Positions 23,669 through 33,597 of a stretch of 56,420 nt of DNA are shown here, piece after piece. Positions within the stretch are counted from its first letter, which is position 1; the number at the start of each line of letters is the position of its first letter. The notes beneath the pieces were generated by a model. It was not told the origin of the DNA, made no database searches, and worked only from the letters and a program-made list of their open reading frames with translations. The position numbers and the translations under genes were made by a program. This DNA is from Thioalkalivibrio sp. (GTDB lineage Bacteria > Pseudomonadota > Gammaproteobacteria > Ectothiorhodospirales > Ectothiorhodospiraceae): positions 360-56,779 of the forward strand of contig JBHEOJ010000001.1 in NCBI GenBank assembly GCA_046260855.1, written 5' to 3'.

Positions 23669-24058
23669 ATGCCCAAAGACTTTTCCAGAAGCGAGCGGGT
23701 GGGCGACCAGATCCAGCGGGAACTGGCCGGCCTGATCCGCACGGAAGTTAAAGACCCCCGGGTGGGGATGGTGACCCTGGCGGGCGTGGAGGTCAGTCGT
23801 GATCTGGCCCATGCCAAGGTCTGGTTTACCGTGCTGGGTGATCCCCAGCAGGTGGCCGATACCACCGAGGGCCTGCAGCGGGCCGCCGGTTTCCTGCGCC
23901 GGGAACTGGGTCGGCGCATGCGCCTGCGGGTAGTGCCGCTCCTGCATTTCCAGTACGACGACACCCAGGAAAAGGGTGCCCGCCTGTCTGCCCTCATCGA
24001 TCAGGCCGTGGCTGAGGATCGCTCCAGGCACCCGGACGACGACGAAGATCGGTCATAA
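23669..24058 (+). CDS. rbfA: Ribosome-binding factor A
   Basis: KDPR, VSRDL..AKV, RVVP.L.F..D, follows infB. Confidence 0.96.
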   Translation: MPKDFSRSERVGDQIQRELAGLIRTEVKDPRVGMVTLAGVEVSRDLAHAKVWFTVLGDPQQVADTTEGLQRAAGFLRRELGRRMRLRVVPLLHFQYDDTQEKGARLSALIDQAVAEDRSRHPDDDEDRS

Positions 24059-24064
24059 ACGTCT

Positions 24065-24216
24065 GTCGCAGCGGCGCGCAGACGCAGAGAAATCAAGGGA
24101 TCGGACAGGATTAACATGATTTAAATAACCGGTGTAATTGCCTGGGTTTTAAATCCTGTTAATCATGTAAATCCTGTCAAACGAATTTTCTCTGCGTCCC
24201 CGTGCCTTCGCGGCGA
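24065..24216. repeat. Nested palindromic element, copy A
   Basis: Outer arms GACGCAGAGAAA / TTTCTCTGCGTC. Inner 9-bp-periodic arms GACAGGATT-AACATGATT / AATCCTGTT-AATCATGTA-AATCCTGTC. Inverted near-copy at 36995-37164. Confidence 0.85.
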
Positions 24217-24240
24217 AGCCTTTCCAGCCCTGAGCACCCA

Positions 24241-25170
24241 ATGAACAAACCCAAGATCCAGCGCCGGGACGTGCACGGCATTGTGCTGCTGGACAAGCCC
24301 CAGGGCTACAGCTCCAACCAGGCCCTGCAGCGGGTCAAATACCTGTTCCGTGCCCGCAAGGCGGGTCATACCGGCAGCCTGGATCCCCTGGCGACCGGGC
24401 TGCTGCCCCTGTGCTTCGGCGAGGCCACTAAGGTCTCCGCCTTTCTCCTGGATGCCGACAAGCATTACCGCACCCGCTGTCGCCTGGGGGTGACCACGGA
24501 CACTGCGGACGCCGAGGGCCGTGTGCTCGATGAGCGTCCGGTGCCACCGCTCGATGAGGCCTTGATCGAGGCGGCGCTGGCGCCTTATCGGGGCCCAATC
24601 AGCCAGGTGCCGCCCATGTACTCGGCCCTCAAACATCAGGGTACGCGGCTCTATGAACTGGCCCGCAAGGGCGAGCAGGTGGAGCGCCCGGCCCGGGACG
24701 TGACCATCCATGAACTCAGCCTTCTTGGCTTCAGCCCCGACAGCCTGGAGCTGGACGTGCACTGCTCCAAGGGCACCTATATCCGCACCCTGGTGGAAGA
24801 TATCGGTGAGCGTCTGGGTTGCGGCGCCCATGTGACCGAGCTGCGACGGCTGGGTGTAAGCCCCTTCAACGATCCGAAGATGGTGACCCTGGAGGTGATC
24901 GAGGCACAGGCGGAGCAGGGCGAGGCGGCCTTGGATGCCCTGCTGGAGCCCATCGACAGCGCCCTGGTCCATTGGCCCGCGGTATACCTGGACCGGGACA
25001 GCGCCTTTTACATGGGCAATGGCCATGCGGTATTCGTGCCCGGAGCCCCCACCGAGGGCCTGGTCCGGGTCTACGGCCCCGGGGGGCGTTTCCTGGCCAT
25101 GGGCGGGATCCTGGATGATGGCCGGGTAGGGCCCCGGCGCTTGATGATGACGGGCCCCACTGGTCCATGA
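24241..25170 (+). CDS. truB: tRNA pseudouridine(55) synthase
   Basis: [36 protein letters not shown]. Confidence 0.97.
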   Translation: MNKPKIQRRDVHGIVLLDKPQGYSSNQALQRVKYLFRARKAGHTGSLDPLATGLLPLCFGEATKVSAFLLDADKHYRTRCRLGVTTDTADAEGRVLDERPVPPLDEALIEAALAPYRGPISQVPPMYSALKHQGTRLYELARKGEQVERPARDVTIHELSLLGFSPDSLELDVHCSKGTYIRTLVEDIGERLGCGAHVTELRRLGVSPFNDPKMVTLEVIEAQAEQGEAALDALLEPIDSALVHWPAVYLDRDSAFYMGNGHAVFVPGAPTEGLVRVYGPGGRFLAMGGILDDGRVGPRRLMMTGPTGP

Positions 25171-25310
25171 ATGGGCGCGGCCTGGCGGCCCGCCCAGACC
25201 CGATCAAATGCCCTGAAAGCCCTGTTCCATCAGGGTCCAGCCGTGATAGAATCCTCGGCCTTTACCATAAGCACAGCCTTCTCGCGAGATAGATCAGGAG
25301 TAAAAGCAGT

Positions 25311-25580
25311 ATGTCTCTGAATGTCGAAACCAAGACCGGTATTGTTGAAAAGTACCGCCGTGACCCTGCCGACACCGGTTCCCCTGAAGTCCAGGTGGCC
25401 CTGCTGTCCGCCCGAATCGAACACCTGATGGGACACTTTGCGTCCCACAAGAAGGACCACCACTCCCGTCGTGGTCTGCTGAAGATGGTCAACCAGCGCC
25501 GCAAGCTGCTGGACTACCTCAAGTCTCAGGACAAGCAGCGCTACCAGGATCTGGTCAGCAGCTTGGGCCTGCGTCGCTAA
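25311..25580 (+). CDS. rpsO: 30S ribosomal protein S15
   Basis: [26 protein letters not shown]. Confidence 0.98.
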   Translation: MSLNVETKTGIVEKYRRDPADTGSPEVQVALLSARIEHLMGHFASHKKDHHSRRGLLKMVNQRRKLLDYLKSQDKQRYQDLVSSLGLRR

Positions 25581-25611
25581 GTCATTCAATTCAGAAGCAC
25601 CGGGAGTCGCC

Positions 25612-27693
25612 GTGACAGCCATCAAGAAGTCCTTCCAGTACGGTCAGCATACCGTCACCCTTGAAACCGGAGAGATCGCCCGTCAGGCCAGTGCGGCGGT
25701 CGTGGTCAATATCGCCGACACCGTGGTGCTCGTCACCGCCGTGGGTCAGAAGGACGTGGCGCCCGGTCGGGACTTCTTCCCGCTCACGGTGAACTACCAG
25801 GAACGGACCTACGCCGCCGGACGTATCCCCGGTGGTTTCTTCAAGCGTGAAGGTCGTCCCTCCGAGAAGGAGACGCTCACCTGCCGCCTGATCGACCGTC
25901 CGATTCGCCCGCTGTTTCCCAAGGGCTTCATGAATGAGGTTCAGGTCGTCGCCACGGTGATGTCCATGAACCCCGAGGTGGATCCGGATATCCCGGCCAT
26001 GATCGGCGCCTCCGCCGCCCTGGCCCTGTCCGGCATGCCCTTCAAGGGTCCTATCGGCGCCGCCCGCGTGGGTTACGTCAATGGCGACTACGTGCTCAAC
26101 CCGAGCATCTCCGAACTCAAGCACTCCGACCTGGACCTGGTGGTCGCCGGCACCGAGAAGGCCGTGCTCATGGTGGAGTCTGAGGCAGACCTGCTCTCCG
26201 AGGAGGTCATGCTGGGCGCGGTGATGTTCGGTCACGAGCAGCTGCAGGCGGCCATCAAGGTCATCAACGAGCTGGTCGCCGAGGCCGGCAAGCCCGCCTG
26301 GGACTGGAGCGCACCGGAAGAGAACGTTGCCCTGAAGGACGCGGTCTGCGCCGCCTGCGAATCGGAGCTCACCGCCGCCTATCAGATCGCCGAGAAACAG
26401 GCCCGCACCCAGCGGGTCAACACCCTGCGCGATGAAGTGATCGCCAAGCTGGCCACCGGTGAGGAGGGTGCTCCCTCTGCCGACAAGGTCAAGGGTGCCT
26501 ACGGTGCATTGGAAAAACGTATCGTGCGTAGTCGCGTCATCAAAGGCGAGCCCCGGATCGACGGCCGCGACACCCGTACCGTGCGCCCCATCACCGTCAA
26601 GACTGGCGTCATGCCCCGCACCCACGGTTCCGCCCTGTTCACCCGTGGTGAGACCCAGGCCATCGTGGTTGCCACCCTGGGCACGGACCGTGATGCACAG
26701 TACATCGAAGCCATCGAAGGCGAGCGTCGCGAGCGCTTCATGCTGCACTACAACTTCCCTCCCTACTGCACCGGTGAGACCGGCATGGTCGGTACGCCCA
26801 AGCGCCGCGAGATCGGCCACGGCCGTCTGGCCAAGCGAGGCGTGCAGGCCGTGCTGCCTGCCGAGGAGGATTGCCCCTATGTGCTGCGCGTGGTCTCTGA
26901 GATCACCGAGTCCAACGGCTCCAGTTCCATGGCCTCCGTGTGCGGCACCAGCCTTGCGCTGATGGACGCTGGCGTGCTCCTGAAGTCACCGGTGGCCGGT
27001 ATCGCCATGGGCCTGATCAAAGAAGGCGACGAGTTCGCCGTGATCTCCGATATCCTCGGTGACGAGGATCACCTGGGTGACATGGACTTCAAGGTGGCAG
27101 GCAGCAAGGATGGCGTGTCCGCCCTGCAGATGGATATCAAGATCGACGGTATCACCCGAGAGATCATGGAGAAGGCCCTGGATCAGGCCCGTGAAGGTCG
27201 TCTGCACATCCTGGAGAAGATGAATGCGGTGCTCAGCGAGCCCCGTACCGAGGTCTCCTCCTACGCGCCCCGCTTCACCACCATCAAGATTCACCCGGAC
27301 AAGATCCGCGACGTGATCGGCAAGGGCGGTGCCACTATCCGCGCCCTGACCGAAGAGACCGGCGCCAGCATCGACATCTCCGATGACGGCATCGTGAAGA
27401 TTGCCTCCGTGGACAAGGCCGCGGGTGATGAAGCCCGTCGCCGTATCGAAGAACTGACTGCCGATGTGGAAGTGGGCCGGATCTACGAGGGCCGTGTGGC
27501 GAAGATCATGGACTTCGGCGCCTTCGTGAACATTCTGCCCGGCCGTGATGGTCTGGTGCACATCTCCCAGATCTCCGAGGAGCGGGTGGAGAGTGTCTCC
27601 GATTGCCTGAACGAGGGTGACATGGTCAAGGTGAAGGTACTTGAGGTTGATAAGCAGGGTCGCATTCGTCTCAGCATGAAGGAAGTCAGCTGA
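25612..27693 (+). CDS. pnp: Polyribonucleotide nucleotidyltransferase
   Basis: [39 protein letters not shown] and S1 domains. Confidence 0.98.
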   Translation: MTAIKKSFQYGQHTVTLETGEIARQASAAVVVNIADTVVLVTAVGQKDVAPGRDFFPLTVNYQERTYAAGRIPGGFFKREGRPSEKETLTCRLIDRPIRPLFPKGFMNEVQVVATVMSMNPEVDPDIPAMIGASAALALSGMPFKGPIGAARVGYVNGDYVLNPSISELKHSDLDLVVAGTEKAVLMVESEADLLSEEVMLGAVMFGHEQLQAAIKVINELVAEAGKPAWDWSAPEENVALKDAVCAACESELTAAYQIAEKQARTQRVNTLRDEVIAKLATGEEGAPSADKVKGAYGALEKRIVRSRVIKGEPRIDGRDTRTVRPITVKTGVMPRTHGSALFTRGETQAIVVATLGTDRDAQYIEAIEGERRERFMLHYNFPPYCTGETGMVGTPKRREIGHGRLAKRGVQAVLPAEEDCPYVLRVVSEITESNGSSSMASVCGTSLALMDAGVLLKSPVAGIAMGLIKEGDEFAVISDILGDEDHLGDMDFKVAGSKDGVSALQMDIKIDGITREIMEKALDQAREGRLHILEKMNAVLSEPRTEVSSYAPRFTTIKIHPDKIRDVIGKGGATIRALTEETGASIDISDDGIVKIASVDKAAGDEARRRIEELTADVEVGRIYEGRVAKIMDFGAFVNILPGRDGLVHISQISEERVESVSDCLNEGDMVKVKVLEVDKQGRIRLSMKEVS

Positions 27694-27718
27694 GGGTTTG
27701 ATCTCTGAAACCGTGTTG

Positions 27719-27746
27719 AAAAAGGGGCCTAATCAGGCCCCTTTTT
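27719..27746 (+). terminator. Intrinsic terminator of pnp (bidirectional-type)
   Basis: AAAAAGGGGCCT-aatc-AGGCCCCTTTTT. Confidence 0.85.
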
Positions 27747-27812
27747 CATTTTGGGATGCATTGGGTTATCTGGTGGGAGTGAGCTTGGGTGGGATTTGGG
27801 TTTAAGCCAAGG

Positions 27813-28359
27813 TCAAAGGCTTTCGATCCCCGTTGCACGGGGCTCGAGTTACTTTTCTTGCTTGTCCAAGAAAAGTAACCAAAAGAAGGACACCCCGATG
27901 CCGCACCCGCTATTCGCGGGTGCCCTGCGTTGCTCGGCTTCGAGGGGGTCGCCTGACAGGCCGTCCATGGCCTGGCAGGGACGCGCCGCGTCCGTTGCGG
28001 CGCCCCTTCGGGCTTTTTCCCTCGAAGCCTGCGCTACTCGGTGCGGCAAAGGGGGGAGGTGAGGTCAATATCGCTTTGATGTGCCCCGTTTTTTTATTGT
28101 AGGAGCCCGGCCCTCCGGGCGATTGGTGGAGAAATCGCCCGGAGGGCCGGGCTCCTATACAAGGCAACAACCCCACCCAAACCCAAAGGGTTGCTGCCTT
28201 TGAAGTACCACCGTTTTCTCGCCGACCTCCCCGGAACGCCCCCGCGCGCAGGGGACCCCGAAGGGGCGAGAAAGCCGGGTGTCTTTTCTTTGGTTACTTT
28301 CTTTGGACAAGCAAAGAAAGTAACCCGAGCCCCGTGCAACGGGGATCGGAAGCCCTTGA
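27813..28359. mobile_element. MITE-like composite: two ~83-bp inverted arms of a GTTACTTT..CTTGTCCAA..AAAGTAAC repeat family enclosing a REP doublet
   Basis: 27813-27895 is a near-identical reverse complement of 28277-28359, and each arm has internal hairpins. No transposase is present, so mobility is inferred. Confidence 0.6.
28099..28160. repeat. GTAG-family REP doublet (REPIN-like)
   Basis: Perfect 25-bp inverted repeat TAGGAGCCCGGCCCTCCGGGCGATT (28100-124 / 28133-157), 8-nt spacer, 5' GTAG. Confidence 0.85.
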
Positions 28360-28434
28360 TTTTGCATTCAGCTAAATCGCAATACATCTATATGTTAAAT
28401 CGAATTCTCTTTGACGTTCGACCAGATCGCAACG

Positions 28435-29382
28435 CTACCCAAACCGCTCCCCCAACCACGCCAAACACCGCCCCTCCAACCACCGCCTGCCCCAGGCATC
28501 CATAAACCCCACATGCCCGCCTTCATCGGCCACCTCAAGCCGGACTGCGTCCGATAATTCATGCGCCTGCGGAATGACGTCGGGTGCCATGAACGGATCA
28601 TTGCGCGCATGCAAGATCAGCGTCGGCAACCGGATGCCTGCCAGCCACGGCCGACAACTGGCCCGTGTGTAGTAGTCATCCACATCCCGGTAGCCGGCCA
28701 AGGGGGCGGTGACGGTGTCATCAAAGGCACGGAAGTCACGTAGTCGGGAGAGTGAGGCGCAGTCCAGGGGCATCTCCATGTGTCGGCACTTGCGTGCCAC
28801 GGAGCGACGCAACTGGCGCACCAGATGCCACTGATACAGTCGCGAGAAGCCCCTGTTCATGCGCTCGGCGGCCCGATTGAGGTCAAAGGGCACGGAGATG
28901 CCAATGGCCGTATCCACGGCAGGGTGTGAGGCGGGATCGCCCAGCCAGCGCAGCAGGGCATTGCCTCCCAGGGAGACCCCGATCACCGCCAGGGGGCGTT
29001 GGGGTTCGCGCTGGCGCAACAACCCGATCACATGGGCGATATCACCGGTCTCACCGGCACTGTACGACCGGGGCAGGCGGTTGGGTTCGCCGCTGCAGCC
29101 GCGAAAATGCATCACCACACCCTGATAGCCTGCCTGTGCCAGCCGGGCCATGAGGCCGGTGGCATAGGGGCTGCGGCTGGAGCCTTCCAGTCCATGGAGC
29201 AGCAGTACCCAGGGGCCCTGGTGTACCGGTCCCCAGTCCAGATCCAGGAAATCCCCGTCGGGCAGTTCCAGGCGTTCACGGTGCAAGGGGATGCCCCGGC
29301 GGGGCAACAGGTTGGGGATAAGGGTCTGTAAATGTGCCCCTGGCAGCCACCAGGCGGGGCGATAATCGGCGCAGTGAACCAT
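28435..29382 (-). CDS. Alpha/beta hydrolase, YheT family
   Basis: HLQT, PDGDFLDLDW, HGLEGSS, nucleophile GVSLGG, NDPF, GGHVGF. Confidence 0.9.
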   Translation of the reverse strand: MVHCADYRPAWWLPGAHLQTLIPNLLPRRGIPLHRERLELPDGDFLDLDWGPVHQGPWVLLLHGLEGSSRSPYATGLMARLAQAGYQGVVMHFRGCSGEPNRLPRSYSAGETGDIAHVIGLLRQREPQRPLAVIGVSLGGNALLRWLGDPASHPAVDTAIGISVPFDLNRAAERMNRGFSRLYQWHLVRQLRRSVARKCRHMEMPLDCASLSRLRDFRAFDDTVTAPLAGYRDVDDYYTRASCRPWLAGIRLPTLILHARNDPFMAPDVIPQAHELSDAVRLEVADEGGHVGFMDAWGRRWLEGRCLAWLGERFG

Positions 29383-29472
29383 GGCCTAAGGTATCCCTGT
29401 ATGGCGTGGTAGCCCTTGAAACTGGTGACCGGAGCCGGTACAACAGGGGCACATATCCCCCCAAGGCCTCTC

Positions 29473-30129
29473 ATGGACCTCATTTCTATTCGAAGCGCAT
29501 ACAAGCGCTACGCCCGCACCTACGATGCCGTCTTCGGCCCGATCTTCGCCGGTGGCCGACGCATGGCGGTACAACTGGCCAACACCGCACCCGGACAGCG
29601 CATCCTGGAAGTGGGTGTAGGCACCGGGCTGTCCTTGCCTGATTACCGGGAGGATGCCCGGGTGGTGGGTATCGACATCAGCCCGGACATGCTCAGGATC
29701 GCTCATGAACGTGGTCGTGATCTGCCCCAGGTGGAAGGGCTGCTGGAAATGGATGCGGAGAAGCTCGCCTTCCCCGACAACAGCTTTGACAGCGTGGTGG
29801 CCATGTACGTGGCCTCGGTGGTGCCCCATCCGGAGCGGCTTCTTGAGGAGATGCATCGGGTGTGTGTGCCGGGGGGTGATGTGCTGGTGATCAATCATTT
29901 TGCCTCCAGTCATCCGGTGATCCGCCGGATGGAACGGGGCCTGCGCCCGCTCTCCAAGGTGCTGGGTTTTCGCACCGACATGGAACTGGACTCCCTGCCG
30001 CAGTTGCCGGGTCTGGAGCGCGTGGACGTGCGCAATGCCAATCTGTTCGGGTACTGGAAGCTGGTGCACTATCGCAACGGCGCTGATCTATCCGAGGACG
30101 CAATGCCCGAGGAGGTACTGGCGAGCTGA
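29473..30129 (+). CDS. Class I SAM methyltransferase, PmtA-like phospholipid N-methyltransferase
   Basis: AY.RYA..YD.VFG, ILEVGVGTGLSL, GIDIS..ML, MDAE.L.F.D.SFD, YVASVVP, INHF. Confidence 0.75.
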   Translation: MDLISIRSAYKRYARTYDAVFGPIFAGGRRMAVQLANTAPGQRILEVGVGTGLSLPDYREDARVVGIDISPDMLRIAHERGRDLPQVEGLLEMDAEKLAFPDNSFDSVVAMYVASVVPHPERLLEEMHRVCVPGGDVLVINHFASSHPVIRRMERGLRPLSKVLGFRTDMELDSLPQLPGLERVDVRNANLFGYWKLVHYRNGADLSEDAMPEEVLAS

Positions 30130-30159
30130 CCCGGCCCCGGCCTTATCATCCGGGAACTG

Positions 30160-30459
30160 TCACCGGGGATTGCGTTTCAGCAAGGGCAGCTCATGGCGCC
30201 GCGCGTTGGCTGCCAGAAATCGGCCCCGCCCGTTTTCGTCTCTGTCCAGATGCTCCAGGCACTCCGAGGTCTCACCCAGTACCGTGGCGAAGAGCACCTC
30301 CAGTTCCCTGGGCTCCACCCGCATGGGCCCGAAGGGCATGCCCGAGTCATCGGGTATCCAGAACAGCCGTGGCGCCCAGTTTTTGGCCTGAATGCCGGGA
30401 TGCTGGAACCAGCGGATGAGTTTTTCTTCAAGAGTGTCCCGTGTGCTGTCCTGCCCCAT
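30160..30459 (-). CDS. Hypothetical protein (99 aa)
   Basis: ATG directly abuts the stop of the upstream ORF (TGA-ATG). Plausible globular composition. Confidence 0.65.
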   Translation of the reverse strand: MGQDSTRDTLEEKLIRWFQHPGIQAKNWAPRLFWIPDDSGMPFGPMRVEPRELEVLFATVLGETSECLEHLDRDENGRGRFLAANARRHELPLLKRNPR

Positions 30460-30828
30460 TCAGTCCTCCCGGGGGATCTTGACCTTGGCCTGCAGGGCGC
30501 GTCCGTTGTGCGGGTCGTAGAGGTCGGGCCCGATCTCGGGGAAATCCCCGCTGTGTTCCCGCAGTCGAAGATACCAGGCGGGGGGCAGGGCGTTGAACAC
30601 CAGGTGTTGCAACTCACGTCGGGTCAGGGCGATCTCCACGGAGCCGTTTCGGTAGATAAAGCCGGGTTCGCCGCTGATGACACTGGCGGGTCCGGGCATG
30701 CCCAGATCCAGTGGTTTATGGCCGGCATAATCGCCGGCCATGGCCACCATCAGGGAGTCGGCATCGTAGCGCCGCGATTGGCCGCCGGCGCCTTCGATCT
30801 CGATGTGTCTTGACGCGCTATCGCTCAT
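30460..30828 (-). CDS. Hypothetical protein (122 aa)
   Basis: ORF in tandem with 30160-30459, divergent from the ATP-grasp operon. Start chosen at MSDS. Confidence 0.65.
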   Translation of the reverse strand: MSDSASRHIEIEGAGGQSRRYDADSLMVAMAGDYAGHKPLDLGMPGPASVISGEPGFIYRNGSVEIALTRRELQHLVFNALPPAWYLRLREHSGDFPEIGPDLYDPHNGRALQAKVKIPRED

Positions 30829-31005
30829 TGTCAGGCATTGTCTCTTGCTATGAATGCGTTGGGCTGAATTGTGACTCAAAAGATCATCAGTCTGAAATCT
30901 CCATGATCACATACAGGTCATAGGCACTTGTTAATGACTTCGTCAGGGCTTAACGTAAATGACTTATCCGCTCGAACACCCGACTGAACCGGAATCCTTA
31001 AAGCC

Positions 31006-32454
31006 ATGAGTATCGACTGGAAAAGCTACGACCCCAACGGCTTCTACGACGAGCTGATCAGTTCCCCCGGCTACCCCCGGGCTGCGGCACGCACGCTCTC
31101 CTCCTACCTGCGCTCCCTGAGCGATGAAGAGATCCATGAGCGCAAGGCGGCCGCAGAACACGCCATCGTGGAAATGGGCATCAGTTTCACGGTGTACACG
31201 GAAGGCGCCAACATCGATCGTGCTTGGCCCTTCGATATCATCCCCCGCATCATTCCGCGCAAGGAATGGACCCATGTGGAAGAGGGCCTCAAGCAGCGGC
31301 TCACGGCGCTGAATATGTTCATCGATGATCTGTATAACGATCAGAAGATCATCAAGGACAAGGTATTCCCCAAGGAGGTGCTGAACCAGTCCAGGAACTT
31401 CCGCGAGCAGTGCATGGGCATCAAGCCGGCCCACGGGGTCTGGGCGCACATCTGTGGTTCGGACCTGGTGCGGGACAAGGACGGCACAATCTACGTGCTG
31501 GAGGACAACCTGCGGGTACCCTCCGGTGTCTCCTACATGCTGGAGAACCGCCAGGTGACCAAGCGGGTTTTCCCCGAGCTGTTCGAGAACTACAGCATCC
31601 AGCCGGTGGATGAATACCCCTCCCAGCTCTTTGACATGCTTGCCTCCCTGTCGCCACGCCCGCTGGATTACCCCGAGGTGGTGGTGCTGACCCCGGGCAT
31701 CTACAACTCCGCCTATTTCGAACACTCGTTCCTGGCCCAGCGCATGGGCGCGGAACTGGTGGAAGGCAGCGACCTGGTGGTGAGCGATGACGACTGCGTG
31801 TACATGCGCACCATCGGCGGCCTGGAGCGGGTGGACGTGATCTACCGGCGCATCGATGACCTGTTCATTGATCCGGAGGCCTTCAGTCCGGATTCCATGC
31901 TGGGCGTGCCCGGCCTGATGCGTGCCTGGCGCAAGGGCAACGTGGCCCTGGCCAACGCCCCGGGCGCCGGTGTGGCGGACGACAAGGTGGTCTACGCTTT
32001 CGTGCCCGACATGATCCGTTACTACCTGGATCAGGACCCCATCATCCCCAACGTGCCCACCTATCGCTGCATGTACAAGGACGAGCGGGAGTACGTGCTC
32101 AAGCACCTGGACGAACTGGTGGTCAAACCCGCCAATGAGTCCGGTGGCTACGGCATGCTCATTGGTCCCCATGCCAGCAAGCGTCAGCGTGCGGAGTTTG
32201 CGGCACTGATCAAAAAGGATCCGCGCAATTACATCGCACAGCCGACACTTGCCCTGTCCACCACGCCGACCCTGTGTGACGAACACCTGGAGCCCCGGCA
32301 TGTGGACCTGCGTCCGTTCATCCTTCAGGGGGTACGCACCGACGTGACCGCCGGTGGGCTGACCCGCGTCGCGCTGCGCAAGGGTTCCCTGGTGGTAAAT
32401 TCCTCCCAGGGCGGGGGCAGCAAGGATACCTGGATCGTGGACCTGGAGTCTTAA
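31006..32454 (+). CDS. Circularly permuted type 2 ATP-grasp protein
   Basis: WPFDIIPR, VLEDNLRVPSGVSY, NSAYFEH, YRRIDD, KP..ESGGYG, RHVDLRPF, GGLTRVAL, NSSQGGGSKDTW. Confidence 0.92.
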   Translation: MSIDWKSYDPNGFYDELISSPGYPRAAARTLSSYLRSLSDEEIHERKAAAEHAIVEMGISFTVYTEGANIDRAWPFDIIPRIIPRKEWTHVEEGLKQRLTALNMFIDDLYNDQKIIKDKVFPKEVLNQSRNFREQCMGIKPAHGVWAHICGSDLVRDKDGTIYVLEDNLRVPSGVSYMLENRQVTKRVFPELFENYSIQPVDEYPSQLFDMLASLSPRPLDYPEVVVLTPGIYNSAYFEHSFLAQRMGAELVEGSDLVVSDDDCVYMRTIGGLERVDVIYRRIDDLFIDPEAFSPDSMLGVPGLMRAWRKGNVALANAPGAGVADDKVVYAFVPDMIRYYLDQDPIIPNVPTYRCMYKDEREYVLKHLDELVVKPANESGGYGMLIGPHASKRQRAEFAALIKKDPRNYIAQPTLALSTTPTLCDEHLEPRHVDLRPFILQGVRTDVTAGGLTRVALRKGSLVVNSSQGGGSKDTWIVDLES

Positions 32455-32457
32455 GCA

Positions 32458-33396
32458 ATGCTTTCACGAGTAGCAGAACGCCTGTACTGGATGGCCCGAT
32501 ATATCGAGCGAGCGGAGAACTCCGCACGCATGGTAATGGCCTTTTCGCACCTTGCCCTGGACATGCCCCGGTCGGTGCAACTGTCCTGGAAGAGCATGGT
32601 CTCCACCACCGGCGGTGACGAGATCTTTGCCCATCACTACCAGCGTGACGACGAACGCAATTGCGTGAAGTTCCTGCTGGCGGACCTGGACAATACCAGC
32701 TCCATCATGAGCGCCCTGACGGGGGCCCGGGAGAACGTGCGTACCACCCGGGACCTGGTTCCCTCCGAGGCCTGGGAGTCGGTGAATGAGCTGTACCTGT
32801 TCGCCAAGGCTCATGTGGATTCGGGGGTGAGCAAGCGTGGTCGTTATGCCTTCCTCTCGGAGATCATCAGCCGCTGCCAGCAGATCACAGGCCTGCTGGC
32901 AGGCACCATGAGCCACGACCACGCCTACGACTTCATCCGTGCCGGGCGCAACCTGGAACGGGCCGATATGAGTTCGCGTCTCCTGGACGTGGCGGGCATC
33001 GGTCTGCTCAGCAAGGATGAGGACATGCAGCCCTACGAGAGCCTGCTGTGGATCAACATCCTCAAGTCCCTGAGCGGCTTCCAGATGTATCGTCAGCACG
33101 TGCGTCGCAGGGTTAGTGGTTCCCTGGTGATCCAGTTCCTGCTGCAGGATAAGGAGTTTCCCCGGGCCATGGCCCATGCACTGGGCGAGGTGGAGTCCAG
33201 TCTTGGCAACCTGCCGCGAAACGAGCTGCCCATACGTTTCATTGCCCAGGTCAAGCGCCATGTGCTGGACTCCAAGGTGGAGGGCCTGCTCAAGCCGGAG
33301 GAATTGCACCAGTTTCTGGACCAGATCCAGCAGGAGATGGCCGAGACCCATGCCAGCATCGTGGACAACTGGTTCCGTCTCGATCGCGCCGCCTGA
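32458..33396 (+). CDS. Alpha-E domain protein (DUF403-like)
   Basis: MLSRVAE.LYWM.RYIERAE, ARENVR, LERAD (ER motifs), FPR. Confidence 0.9.
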   Translation: MLSRVAERLYWMARYIERAENSARMVMAFSHLALDMPRSVQLSWKSMVSTTGGDEIFAHHYQRDDERNCVKFLLADLDNTSSIMSALTGARENVRTTRDLVPSEAWESVNELYLFAKAHVDSGVSKRGRYAFLSEIISRCQQITGLLAGTMSHDHAYDFIRAGRNLERADMSSRLLDVAGIGLLSKDEDMQPYESLLWINILKSLSGFQMYRQHVRRRVSGSLVIQFLLQDKEFPRAMAHALGEVESSLGNLPRNELPIRFIAQVKRHVLDSKVEGLLKPEELHQFLDQIQQEMAETHASIVDNWFRLDRAA

Positions 33397-33415
33397 ACGT
33401 TCTGAATAACTGATT

Positions 33416-33575
33416 CAACGCAAAGGCGCGAAGACGCAAAGGACGCAAGTAACAGCCAGATCACAACACCCCGTGTGTTGACCACGGCAGCTACACATAT
33501 CCTGTGGCTGGCGGGTGCGGCCAGCTCCTATACAGGCTTACTTGGCGTCCTTTGCGTCTTCGCGCCTTTGCGTTG
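33416..33575. repeat. Perfect 31-bp inverted repeat with 8-9-bp internal periodicity
   Basis: CAACGCAAAGGCGCGAAGACGCAAAGGACGC (33416-446) is the exact reverse complement of 33545-575. Confidence 0.9.
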
Positions 33576-33597
33576 TGGCTTTTTTTGAGGAGTCCCC

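Noticed and set aside
25255-25320. Possible S15 autoregulatory pseudoknot in the rpsO leader
   Set aside because: Only a short GAGATA/TGTCTC complementarity with spacing unlike the E. coli element. Cannot be supported by eye.
27751-28505. Short ORFs (66-104 aa) across the pnp-hydrolase spacer
   Set aside because: They translate the inverted repeat arms (LHGARVTF in both directions), so they are repeat-derived rather than genes
30833-30940. sigma54-like sequences upstream of the ATP-grasp operon (AGGCATTGTCTCTTGC and AGGCACTTGTTAATGA)
   Set aside because: GG-GC spacing is off by one in the first and the -12 GC is missing in the second
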